64,000 nucleotides of DNA from positions 67,146,001 to 67,210,000 of the forward strand of contig OZ336874.1 of assembly GCA_965287045.1 (NCBI GenBank), read 5' to 3'. The translations under genes were made by a program, and so were the position numbers. The notes beneath the pieces are model-generated. The model was not told where the DNA came from. It worked only from the letters and a program-made list of their open reading frames with translations, and did no database searches. Numbering within the stretch: position 1 is the first letter of the stretch; every line of letters begins with the position of its first letter. Origin of the DNA: Carcharhinus amblyrhynchos. Taxonomy: Eukaryota. Shown here piece after piece: positions 48,938-62,115 of this stretch.

Positions 48938-49310
48938 AGATTTGATTTGATTTATTATTGTCGTATGTATTAACATACAGTGAAAAGTATTGTTTCTTGC
49001 ACTATACAGACAAAGCATACCGTTTATAGAGAAGGAAATGAGACAGAGCACAGAATGTAGTGTTACAGTCATAGCTAGGGTGTAGAAAAATACCAACTTG
49101 TTGCGAGGTAGGTCCATTCAAAAGTCTGACAGCAGCAGAGAAGAAATTGTTCCCAAGTCAGTTGGTAAGTGACCTTAGACTTTTGTATATTTTTCCTGAT
49201 GGAAGAAGGTAGAAGAAAAAATGTCCAGGATGCGTGGGGCCCTTAATTATGCTGGTTGCTTTGCTGAGGCAGCAGGAAATATAGACAGTCAATGGATGGG
49301 AGGCTGGTTT
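48938..49310 (-). mobile_element. Rex1/Babar LINE 3' end
   Basis: SCCLSKATSIIKGPTHPGH.FF.LLPSGK.YKSLR C-terminus and (aaatc)n tail. Confidence 0.85.
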
Positions 49311-49624
49311 AACTGGAGTGTAACTGTTCAAGTGAAGTATGTCCATGATGTGGCTGACTTATAAATTACCAACACAGAACTTTTTAACAGTGAAGAAGGT
49401 CTTGGTGTAATATTAAATATTGCTGTTACTAAGATATTACAGCAGAGAACATGCACCTATTTGCTAGAGTTTTGTCCATTTCAATGAGTCAGATTCTTAG
49501 ATTTCCCAGATGTAGTGTTTTTTATAAAGTATGTGGCTCATGTCTGTGATGCCCATTTTATCAGCAGATGTATAACAGTATGAGTTATTCTAAGTACACT
49601 GCTATGCTAAACCTCTATTTTCAG

Positions 49625-51489
49625 CTCCCCCGCATCTGCCTACAGGGTTCCAATTTGAACAGAACAAAAATGTAAAGCAGCATGATGTTAGTTAGCAGGG
49701 TGTTGTTCAATGGATGCCATACCCTGTGCCTCACACAGACCTTTAGCTTCACCTTGTTAGAAAAACTGGAATGATGTGAATTGGTTAAGGAGGACAATGG
49801 GCCAGTTTTCACTCCACTCTCCACCCTCATTAGTACCAGGTACTGTTCTGGCACAATTCCCTTGATGGTCACCCCCAATCAGTGCAGTGCCCAGTTCTGG
49901 TTGACTTCCCACAGAATCAGCACAGGCCATCACACATTCACGTAGATCTTTGCCTTCCTGTCATCAACAGTGCAAAGAAGATGTGATGGAACTTCCATAT
50001 TGAGGATTGTTTGAAATACAGCAAGATCTTGGACCACATCTTTGTAACTATATCTATTCATACTATACCTATTTGTAATATAACTATGGGAAGATTCATG
50101 TAAGTGTTTTGGTGGTGCCATTCATAAAGTTATTTGCACAACCATCCTTTGAGCTATCGACCCATCAACACCCTATACCTTGATGCAGAAAGTGCAGCAC
50201 TCCGAAAGGAATATGAATCATGGGAGGAAATGACAGCAGGGCTCATTAATTTAAGTCAGAAGTTCTGGACCCTATCTCACCACCTTAGAGTAACTCACAA
50301 ATCACCTACATTAAATTGTTCATCAGTCACCCAAACACAGTCATTTGTACCATGTTAGAAAGACAGTGACGCTAAAGAAAATAAGCTATATCACATGAAG
50401 CAAACTGAAGTCACGTGTAGAACACGACAGTCCTAATCCTGTATGGATTACAGAATTGGAGAAAGTATTATAGGGCCTGGAGTGCAGCAAGGCAATGGGA
50501 TATATACTCAGGACCAGATTCTTAACAAAGACTTTACAAAGTTGATGGACTATTTCAGTTTGTAGCTTCTCATATTAAATCCCTCACATGAAATCCAGTG
50601 TACTCCACCTCTACAATGCCATACCAAAAAAGAATAGCCTATCTGTATGGAAGGCCAGAGACTAAAGTATGATCCCAACCCAAAATAGTTGGGAATGATT
50701 TTGATTAGGACTCTGTCCATCCGGGAAAACTTGAAAGGAATAGCAGCAAAGGTCAAAGCAGTATTTATCTATTAAACAAATTTGCTGGATCAACATGAGG
50801 TGCTGCTGCCACAGCACTCCAGACCTCAGCATTTGCCCTATCAAATTCTGCAGCTGAGTACTGTGCATCTCTCTGACAAAGGTTATCACTCACACATATC
50901 TTGTTGACATTCAGTTGAATGCAACAATGCACATCATAACTGGTAGTCTCCATTCAACACTCCTGGCTTCCTGTCGTTACAAACATCACTGCCTCAAGCA
51001 TCCACCAACTGACAAAAATCCACAAGCTGGTTGAAACCATCTGGGCTGCATCTCACTTACCACCTGATGAGAACCTGTTCAACCCACCTTCCATCTCAGC
51101 ACCCCATGTGGAGCACCTGTTCTGAGCAAGATCTACCAGCAGACATCTTCTGGATCAAGGAATGGGAAACACAGGAAGTCACGAACAAGCATCTTGTGAT
51201 AAAACCCATCTGTCAAATAGAAGGCTTTGAAATGCCACTGTGACATTGGTCATTGCTAAATAGGTTCAGGACAGGTCAGCTGCAGTGGCCCTGTGCAGCC
51301 AACCTCCACCACTGGGGTTTCAGTTCAAACTCTTTACACACTTGTGGAGAAATGTAACGAATGTTGCACATTACCAAGGAGTGTCCCCTCTACAGGCAAA
51401 GCAGTGGACTAATCACCTTGAACTCAGTAAATGAGGAGGCTATCACTTGACTTCAGGGATTTGCATTTGCTAAATAATAAAAGAAGAAG
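49625..51489 (+). mobile_element. Vingi (Ingi-group) LINE, internally deleted and degenerate
   Basis: VDFPQNQHRPS..HVDLCLPVI..WNF; FAGST*GAAATALQTSAFALSNSAAEYCA; LVDIQLNATM.IITG; WSLLNRFRTGQ; CAANLHHWG; CPL; tail taataataaaagaagaag. The 5' boundary is uncertain. Confidence 0.75.
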
Positions 51490-51866
51490 TGTTGACTCAT
51501 TATTTCCTTAAATAAAAATGAGTAACTTATTTGTTTTGTAAGAAGAAATAATACTGAAGAGAAAATATGAATCCACAGTTACGTGAATATGAATTACATT
51601 GAATGAGTGGGGAACTAGGACTTGAACCTACTACCAATCTGCAGGGCATTAAAAGTGCTTTAATTATCATCAGGGAATTTAGACCTGTACTCACTATGAT
51701 CAGGGAACTTGGACCAGCCATCAGGAAAGATTTAAACACAGTATGCCTAAATGGAAGTCAGACTGAAATAAACTTAATTACGAATGACAGAAAATTGCAG
51801 TGATGAGAGAGATGATTATTCAGCCATGAAAATACCTAAAGCAGGTAATTGCTGTACCTTACTTAC

Positions 51867-52043
51867 TTAAATGGTTTTTCCCCTGTATGTGTTCGAATGT
51901 GATTGTTCAAAGTTGTAGCTCCAGCAAAGGCACGTCCACAGTACCCACATTTAAAAGGTCTGTCACTGGAATGGGTTACAACGTGATTCCTCAATTCTGA
52001 AGGCTGGGAGAATGACTGAGAGCAGTGTCCACATTGGTAGGGC
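51867..52043 (-). CDS. PRDM6: PRDM6 penultimate coding exon (two C2H2 zinc fingers)
   Basis: Translates (R)[58 protein letters not shown](K), matching the PRDM6 zinc fingers as recalled. Acceptor ttttctAG ends at 52044 and donor AA|GTAAGT starts at 51866. The exon is 177 nt, phase 2 at both ends. Confidence 0.96.
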
Positions 52044-52844
52044 CTAGAAAACAACCAAATATACTCTCTATCATTTATTAAATTAAATAAAACAGTTTTT
52101 TTACACCACTAAGTTTTATTTATAAAACTTTCAGTGTTATTTAGTAATGAATTCCCCCCCATATTTTAAGATACTGCTCATTTGCTGGTCTTTGTATTAA
52201 TTATAATCTGTGTTTCCTAACTGGACAACCCTCTAAAATTACATAAAACTGCCATAGAATAAAAATTAAACTGTGACATTCCACTGTCTTGTACAATTAA
52301 CCAATTGCTGATACCATGAGTTGTCAAATCATGATTAAATCACAGATAAGATACAGACAGCATTATACTCCCACTAAGATTAACTGGAGATATTTTAAAA
52401 GAGTAAGGTTCTGCAAGTTACATAATTGTGCAAACATTGAGCATAGTTTGTTGTAAGATGCAGCTTCAAATCTCTTCTGTTAAAATTTCCAGTCTCAACT
52501 TCTTTTGAGAAATAGAAATTGGCCCTCTCCTCACAAAATATCTTACATCTATACAAATCTGAGAGAATCCTCACTCAGATTTTACATCTAGCTCTCCCTC
52601 CCTGGCCCACAGTATTAAACAGAAACTAGGGATGAGGTCACCTGGCATCCCTCTCATTTTAATTTTGCTCCTTCTAAAAAAAACCTCACCACCACCACTC
52701 TCAACTCCACTGTGGTCAGACTCATATCCAATGCTGTGTAACTAAATATTGGAAAGAAAGAAGCCATTGGTCAAAGTTTTCTGCTCCCACCCTCCCATGT
52801 GGCATATTTTCTGGTGGTGGAGGCAGCCCGTCATTCTATGCTTT

Positions 52845-53208
52845 TCAAGTACTCTCCTGATTAGCCTTCTACTTTCTCCCCTCTGTAAACTTGAGGTCAT
52901 CCAAAGTTGCCAATGACCTAACTCTCTCTAGGTCCCATCATCCCTGTGCTCGCTGCACTGGCACTAAGATGATCAACGCCTAAGTTTTAAAATTCTCATC
53001 TCACTTTTAAATCCCTCCATGCCTCACTCCATCCTATCTCTATAATCACCTCCATTCTCTGAGATGTATGTACTCCTCTAACTCTGGCTCTTGAGCATTC
53101 CTGATTTTAATTGCCCCACTATTGATGCCAATTGCCCAAGCTCTGAAGTGCCTTAGGCAGTTTACCATGTTAGACACCCAATATAAATACAAGTTTTTGC
53201 TGTTGTTG
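52845..53208 (+). mobile_element. L2 LINE 3' end
   Basis: KLEVIQ..PIIPVLA.LHW...FKILI; tail atataaatacaagtttttgctgttgttg. Confidence 0.75.
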
Positions 53209-53237
53209 GTCTAGTGAATTTTTATGTTTTCATAAAA

Positions 53238-53707
53238 AAGGCTATTGAAAGGGTACAGAGGAGATTTACAAGGATGTTGCCTGGACTGGGAGGCATGCCT
53301 TATGAAGTTAGGTTGAGGGAACTGGGTCTCTTTTCCCTGGAGAGACGTAGGTTGAGAGGCGACCTGATAGAGGTTTATAAGATGTTGAGAGGAATAGATA
53401 GGGTGGATTCTCAGAGGCTATTTCCCCGGGTTGAAATGCTACGAGAGGACACAGGTTTAAGGTGCGGGGAGGAAAGTACAGAAGTGATGTTAGGGGTAAG
53501 TTTTTCACTCAGAGGGTGGTGAGTGAATGGAATCGGCTGCCGTCAGTGGTGGTGGAGGCGAACTCGCTGGGGTCTTTTAAAAGACTTCTGGATGAGTATA
53601 TGGGGTTTTATGGGATTGGGGGTTATAGATAGGTGTTGATGTGATCGGCGCAACTCGTGGGCCGAAGGACCTGTTTGTGCTGTAGTGTTCTATGTTCTAT
53701 GTTCTAT
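53238..53707 (+). mobile_element. Young CR1 3' fragment, same subfamily as 32699-34177
   Basis: 65/66 aa identical over AIERV..FPRVEM; same 3' UTR and (tctatgt)n tail. Confidence 0.95.
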
Positions 53708-54974
53708 ATTAACACTGGAGGGAAAGCCCACCCTTACAGCATTTCAAACCTTTCATTTTGCAAAATGTACAGCCAAAAGTTAAAATATACATATATAAAC
53801 CTCACCTCTGCTTTAGGCATATTTCAGCAAGGAGGTATTGATACCACCCTAAGTTAAATTCGCGATGCAAGTGCAATGTTATGATTAACTGTGGGATGTA
53901 TTATGATTATTTTTTTATTTATTGCATTCTATTGGATTGGCATTGTATATTACAGTGTGCCTATAAAAGTACTTAAGGTAATAAACCACTTCAAGTTGAC
54001 AGAATGTCGATGTAAATAGGCAGTGTATACTTTAGAGAACAAGCTTTTGTCACTGTTCTGTAAACCTTGTGGGCCTGCAGTATACTCAGTATTTGCATTA
54101 AAACCAGGCATAATTTGGTAATGAGCTAAATTGGAGTGTTTTTCTGGGAGGTCCTAGATCTTCTGACAAGTTTCGACAAGCAATGTAATGAAATGCAGTG
54201 TAATATTCAATTGATAATTGAGTATAACCTTGTGGTTTAAAAATACAACATTTTACTGTCGTGAAGAAATCAAGGCTGCTTTTCAATATTACTGACTTTT
54301 GTTCTACACAGTATTGTTTGCTATGCTGTGGTAGATTCAGATAAGGCCAACAGATGTGACTCAGCATTGAGAACTCAGGCATCTTCACACACACACACAC
54401 CTACATTTATTGATTTCGTTCCAAAGGATGTCAGGAATGTGTCTGCATAGTTGATTGCCAGTCTATTTCAATGATGGCAATATTATCCAAAATTGTTATC
54501 TATATTGTACACTGTAAATCCCCAACCACTGCAACACTTAATCATATTTTCCTGCAGTTCGTTGCCAGAGGGAAGTAGGAGTAATATCCATTATTATTAT
54601 AATGGTGCCAATTTCACATCATTATCGCTATATTATATATAAAAGCACTTCAAGAATGTGGTACATAAGGGATTGGTCATAAGGGAGAAAAAAGTAAAAG
54701 AAAAAGCTCAGTTCAAAGCCATTTAACATTGATTCAATTACTGTATCAAAGAGTCTGAGGCTTTCTACTATATCATAGAAGTAGAGGAGCTTCTTTGTAT
54801 ATATGTAGATATTTAGAGTCTAATTCCTTTAACACTAAATAAGAATTGTGGAGATTAAACAGAATTTTCTCTTGCAGGAACTGTTCCAAGCCGCAGGCAA
54901 TGTGGCCAAGGAACAAGAAGTGTTGAAATATTTTGAGAGTACTGTTTGATCATAATTGTCAATATATTTCAATG

Positions 54975-55252
54975 GGTGGCACAGTGGTTAGCATTGCTGC
55001 CTTGTTGCGCCAAGGACCTGGGTTAATTCCAACCTTTAGTGACTGTCTATGTTGAGTTTACACATTTTCTGGTATCCAATGATATGCGGGTTAGGTTGAA
55101 TGGCCATGTCAGATTTCCCCTTAGTGTCCCAAGATATATAAGTTAGGAGGATTAGTGGGTTAAATACATGAGGTTACAGAGTAAGCCAGGCAAAGAGTTG
55201 GTGCAGACTTGGGAAAATGGCCTCTTTCTGCACTGTAGGGATTCTATGATTC
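54975..55252 (+). mobile_element. HE1-type SINE
   Basis: Head, partial V core, attctatg tail. Confidence 0.88.
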
Positions 55253-56224
55253 AATGAATATTTACACTATACATTATATCATGTTCAATACTGAATGAAT
55301 AACTGAATTTATCAGGAGAATCAGACATAAGTTCATGGGCCATAGATTTTACTTGATCTTTGGTTAGCTATAGAATTGTAATTGATAATTATGAAAAATA
55401 GCAAATCAGGTGGGAATTGAGAAAAAAGGGCAAATAAGGAAACTTAAAAAATACTTAAACATTCAATCCAGTGAGTACAAATCTAGTTCAGCTAAATCTC
55501 ATCCACATTTCAAAGCCATAAAATTTGATATTGACAAACTTTCAGACCATTTTTATCCCCTGTGGAATCTAAGGTGTCCATAAACATTCATCTTCTATAT
55601 ATATCTTAAAAGGATTATTTCATTGAATCTGAACTAAATTATACTGGTCAGCTTTCAGCCAAACATTTAAACATATTCCTATCTTACCTTTTATTGAGAA
55701 AATAATTATTTTAACAAAATTTCTCTGGTTTCCCTCAACTCCCTGGCTCTACAGTAGCTCTAGAATAATCTGTGATTCTGACATTGGTTAGGAGGATAAC
55801 AAATTCAGAATGGCTGTATGTTGAACATTTTATCAGGAAATTAGGATATTTCAGTTTAAAATTCTAAACTAAGTTTATTCAAATATGCTCATATTTAAAC
55901 TGCCTCTATATAAAGGAGAAACTAAGAAACTACAGCAAATTAAGAAAACAATTTCACAGTTTGGCCAATATAACTGCACCAAAATAATTTATTTTTACAG
56001 TAAGTCATAAAAATTAAAGGTGTAATTATTTTATATTCACTGAAACAATCCCTTTATGGCAATGAATGATTGGCAGCAATATTCCTCAATGTTATTGAGC
56101 AGTTATTTCCTTCTGACAGTCCCACTGGATTGATGATTGTGTATGCATTAAAAAAAACAGTGCTAAGCAAAATTCACAATTCATTACCTACTAGCAGTTA
56201 ATTAGATCGAGATAGTGCATTGCA

Positions 56225-56445
56225 CATTAGGAATATACAAACAGGAAAAAACCATTTAGGCCCTTGAGCTTATTCCTATTTAATTAGATCATGGCTCATC
56301 TGTACCTCAGCTCCAGTTATCTGCCTTTGCTCCATATCCCTTAGTTCCCTCACATAACAAAGTCTACTGATTTCAGTCTTGTAAATTGCAGCTGCCTTAA
56401 CATTTATAGCCTCTTGAAGACAGAGAGTTCAAACTTTATACTGTC
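56225..56445 (-). mobile_element. Old CR1 3' end (probably continuing at 57130-57480 and 58540-58995)
   Basis: CR1 3' UTR on -; AFDKVH-like ttgataaggtacac on - at ~58960. Confidence 0.6.
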
Positions 56446-57102
56446 ACTCCAGTGGAGCATAAAAACCAAGGCTGACAGGGAACATGCTGCTGCTGGAGGT
56501 GCCGTTTTTCTGGTGAGATCTTAAAATCAGGCCCCTCCGGCATGCTCAACTGGATGCTAAGGATTGGGACATCATAGTGGTACAGTGGTTAGCACTGCTG
56601 CCTCACAGCACCAGGGACCTGGGTTCGATACCTGGCTTGGGTCACTGTCCGTTTGGAGTCTGAATGTTTTTCCTCTGTCTGTGTGGGTTTCCTCCGGGTG
56701 CTCCAGTTCCCTCCCACAGTCTGAAAGATGTGCTGGTTAGGTACATTGGCCATGCTAAATTCACCCTCAGTGTACCCGAATAGACACTGGAGCATAGCGA
56801 CTAAGGGAATTTCACAGTAACTTCTTTACAGTGTTAATGTAAGCCTTACTTATGACTAATAAATAAATAATAAATAAACCATGGCACTATTTTGAAGAGG
56901 AACAGGGAAGTTATCCCTGGTGGCCTGGCAAATATTTATCCCCCAATCAACATGAGAAAAAATAGATTATCTGGTCATTATTACATTGCTGTTTGTGGGA
57001 GTTTGCTCAACAAAAACTTGCTACTGTGAATACACTACAAAAGCACTTAATTTTAAACACTCAATTGTCATGAAAAGCATTATGCAAATGCAAGCCTTTC
57101 TT
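56445..57102 (+). mobile_element. Deu-domain SINE, split by a V-SINE
   Basis: ggatgctaaggat|..|ccatggcactattttgaagagg; gattatctggtcattattacattgctgtttgtggga. Confidence 0.85.
56566..56878 (+). mobile_element. V-SINE (non-HE1 tail), full length
   Basis: A-box tggtacagtgg, B-box ggttcgatacc, V core, (aata)n tail. Confidence 0.92.
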
Positions 57103-57544
57103 TATTTCTCTGTGAGAAAAAGTGAATCCTGCTGAAATTCCTAAAATACCTCGTTCTAATTTTAGTATTATACTTCCTATTCTGGATTTCCACAAGATGA
57201 AATTGTTTATCCACATCAATCAATCAAATTCTATTATCATTTTGAAAACCATGAAGTGATTACCCCTAACCTCTTAAACTCAGCGGAGAATGTGAACCAA
57301 AATTACGCAAACTGCCATTATAAATTACTGTTTAATTCCTTTTATTTTGAAATGCCAGGGTTATACCACCTCTGAAGCCAATATATTTTTCCTTAGGTTT
57401 ATTGCTCAAATCTACAGGCAATATTCCAGAACAGGTTTGACCCAAGTTCTATATAACCAAGTCATGACTTTTCTTTGTACTTCAATAAATAGAGGTCAAT
57501 GTGAGGGGACCAAGACCTCACAATATAAACTTTTATAATATATT

Positions 57545-58410
57545 TGTAATATCCTCATGGCTATTTCTAAAATTTTGAAAAAATTGTACAAAAGCCTTTT
57601 AAAATCACTGAAACTATGTCTGTCTATGACCATTAAACAAAAGGAACTACCAGTATCAAAGAAACCTGCACCTCATTATTTCTGAAGAGGAACTAATGAG
57701 CACAATTGACCTGTAAAGACCAAATTCAAAGAGAACTATGAAAAGGCCACCTTTATTTCACAACCCAGGTTGGCCAACCTGAATCTGCTTGTCTGCTGGG
57801 ATAAAGGGCCCTGCCACCTTCCTTTCAATTCTCAAATGATTGGGACATTTAACAATCTTGGGGACTCAGACAAGTGATACACATCCTGTGTCAAAAACAG
57901 TATGGAGGAATGGGAGTCATGTGCCATGGACCTCTAGTTTGTGAAACCAGTTGCCTAGTGCAACAGCAAGGTCAGTCTTCTGTTTATCATCTTATAAACA
58001 GCCTCACAGAAAAGGAGCTCTCTGCCCAGGTTTGGATACCTGGCTCCTATCTACACTGCTTCTGCTGGGACTCCTGTACCATCGCATTCAAGATTCATCG
58101 CTACTTTATCAAGTAAAGTCAGCACCACGAGAAAGTGAACCATCCAGTCTTAATTTTCAGTTCCCAATCTCCATGAAGGAATATCTCATTGGACTTTGAT
58201 TCTGGAGTCTTGGAACTTCTTGATACAATGTTTCTTTTCACTGCATCTCTGCACTGTAACTCTTTTATTTCTCTATCCCTCTTCTACTGTATGAATGCAG
58301 AGGAGGCAATATTGCAACTCCCCTCCTGCATTTTAGTCTGTGCAAATAAACTAACCCTTTGAATTCAATCTATCTTGAGTTTGTTCATTATTCATAAAAA
58401 TTAGATCACA
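57545..58410 (+). mobile_element. Possible solo LTR
   Basis: TGTAA...TCACA termini and AATAAA near 58346; no TSD seen. Confidence 0.35.
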
Positions 58411-60196
58411 CTGTAACTGAAGGATTGAGAAATACACCTCTGCTTATAAAGGGGAAGCAAATCAATACACCTTTATGTTTAGGAACAGGTGGTGAGAGGA
58501 TAAAATAGTGCTGTTTAAATTAACCCTTTCCTGTCCTAATTATTTTTGCCATTTGCAAAAAATGTTAGTGATTTCTGTGCGTAGACATTTAAATCTCTTT
58601 GATCTTTCACAGCTCTTAGTCTCTGTTGGACCTAAAGCAGTTCACTTCATACTTTCCCACACTGAGCTCCATCTGACATTCTTATTTCATCTTTTTAGAA
58701 CCCTTCCCACTCCCATCTACTTAACATACTGTGCCTCCTTACATAGACATAAAACCCTCTATTCCTTCACCAAAATCATTAATAAACAGTTTGAAAAGTT
58801 AAAGCCCTAGTCCAAAGCCCTGGGAAACATCACTTGTCATACCTTGCCAACCAAAGAATGTTCCATTCAGCCTACTTTCTGTCTCCTACCTCCTCAATCA
58901 ATTTGTTCAAAGGTTAACTACAATTCCATGCACATGCATTTTTGCTAACAATCTCTAATGTGTACCTTATCAAATGTCTTTTGGAAGTCCATATCGATAA
59001 AATTTATGCATCAAAATCTTGCTGCTGTTTACACTGGCGAGACCCTATGGCTCCACTGACTGTGCACCCTGCTGCAGGCTTCCCAGTGGCAAGGTGTGCA
59101 TTCAACAGGAAATCCCATTGACAATAGTGAGACCATAAGATCTTGCTGCCACTGGGCAATGTGCTGTCTCTCATGGCCACGAAAGACCCCACAGAGGGGA
59201 GGAAAATACAATCCATGATCCACCACACAAGTGACCTCCTCAAAAAGCTCATCTGGACATAACCATCCATTCACAAATCCCCGCTCTCTTTAATCATTTT
59301 ATTTTTGCACTAAAGCTCCTTCATTCTGGCTAAACTAAAAGCTGAGCGATCTTTTTCAGAAGTAACTCCATTGCAATGTGATAAAAAAACTTGGACTGAA
59401 GAAATTTTGCAAATCATTTAAACTATGTCAAAGTTAAAAGAGCAACATTCCTTCATTGGCATTCAGGGCTGATTATTGTACAGCAGTATGACTAGCAGTC
59501 TTCTATTAAAACTGAGATTTAACACTTTTTTAAAAAATTCACATTGCATCATTTCTACAAACTTTGCTGGGTTGTTTGTTCCTCTCCACCTACACCAAAT
59601 ATAGGGTGACCATAAGGGCACTGATTGATGCCACTGGTTCACTATCTTGTCCAGCATATCAATCGATATGGAAGAAATGCGTAACCAAATTTAAAAATCC
59701 ACAAGTAAAAGTGATTGCCAAAGTTAATCCATCAACTGCTCATCACAGTAAAAGATTCAAAAACTTGGGGGCACAAATTTAAAATGAGATATTTGATGAT
59801 TTTATTGTTTTATTTAGCGAATGCAAAGTCCCTAAGCCAAGCAGTTTATTCCAGTGCTGCTCTGTTGAGTGCAGATAGGTCTTCACTGAGTCTATGGATT
59901 GGACATTCTTCTATGATGTGCTGCATAGTTTGCTCTCTCTAACAGGGGCATGGGGAGCTGGCACTAATGCCCCATCTGGGGAGGCTGGCCAAAAGGGGCC
60001 ATGGCTGCTCCTGGATCTGTTGAGGATGAGCAATTATTTACTTGGGAAATTGAAACCAGGCAGCTGTTGGGTTGAGTTTGAGATCAGGGATTTGTTTGTT
60101 GTGTCCAATGATTTTCATTCATTTGTCCAGATGGAAATTGCGTTGAAGTTCTGTGTGGAAGGGTTTTACCAGATCAGCTTTCTTGTTGGGAGTACA

Positions 60197-60520
60197 GGAG
60201 GCAGTGGCATAGTGGCATTGTCACTAGACAAATAATCAAGAGATCCAGGGTAATACCTGGGTTTGAATCCTACCACAGCAGATGATGAAATTTGAATTAA
60301 ATAAAAATCTGAAATTAAAAGTATAATGATGACCACAAAACCATTGTGGATTGTCATAAAAACACACTAATGTCCTTCATGGAAGGAAATCTGTCATTCT
60401 TACTGGTTTGGTCTACTCCAGATCCACACTAATGTGGTTGACTCTTAAATTGCCCTCTAACAAGCACTCAGTTTAAGGGGCAGGAATGGGCAACAAATGC
60501 TGGCCCCACCAGTGATGGCC
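60197..60520 (+). mobile_element. CORE-like tRNA SINE
   Basis: A-box tggcatagtgg, B-box gggtttgaatcc, core ggaaggaaatctg, LINE-type tail. Confidence 0.8.
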
Positions 60521-60884
60521 ATCCAGGGGGATGATTGTGAACTTTTTCTATTACTTTGTGGGTGTTGCAAGTCAGTGGATATGTGGAGGAGTGATGTTTG
60601 CCAGGACAGTGAGCCAAAGGAGTGGTGTTAAGAAGAGTGTTCCAGTAATGATGTGCATGAAAGTATTCAGCTGGGTATCACTCATTTGATGATGAAAAGG
60701 TTCATCAGATAGCAAGTTCTTACATAAAGAATAATAAAATTAAGTTACAAGTAATGGGAACGAAAAGTGTATTTCTAAAGATGGAAAAGATTGAAACATA
60801 CGGTAAGATTTCAGATAGAGAGGATTAAGAATTACCCAAAGGAAAAGGTTTCTAATCCATGTGGCCTTTTCCTGTTAAATATTT

Positions 60885-62115
60885 CAGGTAATATTAATCA
60901 GGATAGTCAGCATGGATTTGTTTGGGGAAGATCTTATTAACTCAAATCAAATTTTTTGAGGAGGTAGCAAGTTGGATTGATGAGGGTAGTGCAGTGGATG
61001 TTGTCCACATGGATTTTAGTAAAGCATTTGACAAAGTCCCAAATGGCAGACTCTCAGTAAAGTGAAACCCCATGAGTTACAGGGGAAGGTGGCAAGTTGG
61101 GTCAAAAATTAGCTCAGCAACAGAAAACAAAGTGAATGGCCAATGGATACTTTTGTGAACAGAAAACATGTTCCACTGTTGCTCCACAAGATTTATTGTT
61201 GGTGCCCTTGCTATTTATTGTAAACATAAATGATTTGGACTTAAACGTGGGAGGCATGATTGGGAAATTTGCAGATGAAACAAAAATTGGCCAAGTAGTT
61301 GATAGTGAAGAAGATAGTTGTTATCTTCAAAATAATATCATTGATTTAGTTGTGCGAGTGGAACAGTGGCAGATGGAATTAAACCTAGAGACATGTGAGG
61401 TAATTTATTTGGGGAGGGCAAACAAAGCAAGAGTAAACTGGGGGCTATTGAGACGGCTAGAGGAGTGTATGTCTACAGGTTCCTAAAGGTGGCAGGGCAG
61501 GTGGATAAGTGGGAAAAGTAAGCATATGGAATGCTTTCCTTTATTGGACAAGGTATTGAATACAACAGGGATGTAACGCTGGAACTGCTTAAAATACTAG
61601 TGAGGCCACAACTGGAATTTTGTGTCCAGTTCTGGCCGCCACATTACAAGAAGGACATAATTGTTCTTGACAGACGACAAAGGAGATTTACAAGAATGTT
61701 GCCAGGGTTTGAAAATTGCAGCTGTGAGGAAATATTGGATAGGCTAGGGTTGTTTCCCTTAGAACAGAGGAGACTGAAGGGTGACCTTATTGAAGTTACA
61801 AAATTTGATGGGCCTAGATCAGGTAGACAGGAAAGACCTGTTTCCCTTAGCTGAGAATTCAATTACCAGGGGGAATAGATTTAAGGTGATGAGTAAAAGG
61901 ATTAGAGGGGACAAGAAGAAAGTCTTTTTCACCCAAAGATACCTGGATCTGCACGTGAAGTGCTATAACCTGCAAGGCAACGGACCAGATGCTGGAGAGT
62001 GGGATCATAATGAGCGGCTAGTTTCTATTTTTTCTCTCTTCTTTTTGGCCAATGCAGGTATGACGGGCTGAATGGAGTCCTTCTGTGCTGTAACTTTTTA
62101 TGGTTTCTATATTCT
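60885..62115 (+). mobile_element. Degenerate CR1 RT to 3' end
   Basis: QHGF, MDFSKAFDKVP, KFADETKIG, LVRPQLEFCVQFW; frameshifted. Confidence 0.92.

Larger units (their letters stand above)
14339..51866 (-). other. PRDM6: PRDM6 last intron (~37.5 kb, GT-AG, phase 2)
   Basis: GT at 51866-51865, AG at 14340-14339; the reading frames join correctly. Confidence 0.9.

Noticed and set aside
51665-51730. Three decayed ~30-bp repeats (atcagggaa..gacc) near the donor
   Set aside because: Too degenerate to support a function.
51863-52054. 63-aa ORF as a standalone zinc-finger gene
   Set aside because: Its start and stop are intronic; it is an internal PRDM6 exon bounded by AG/GT.
55683-55690. Minus-strand donor AAG|GTAAGA in the upstream intron
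   Set aside because: No PRDM6-like coding sequence precedes it; the next upstream exon appears to lie beyond the window.
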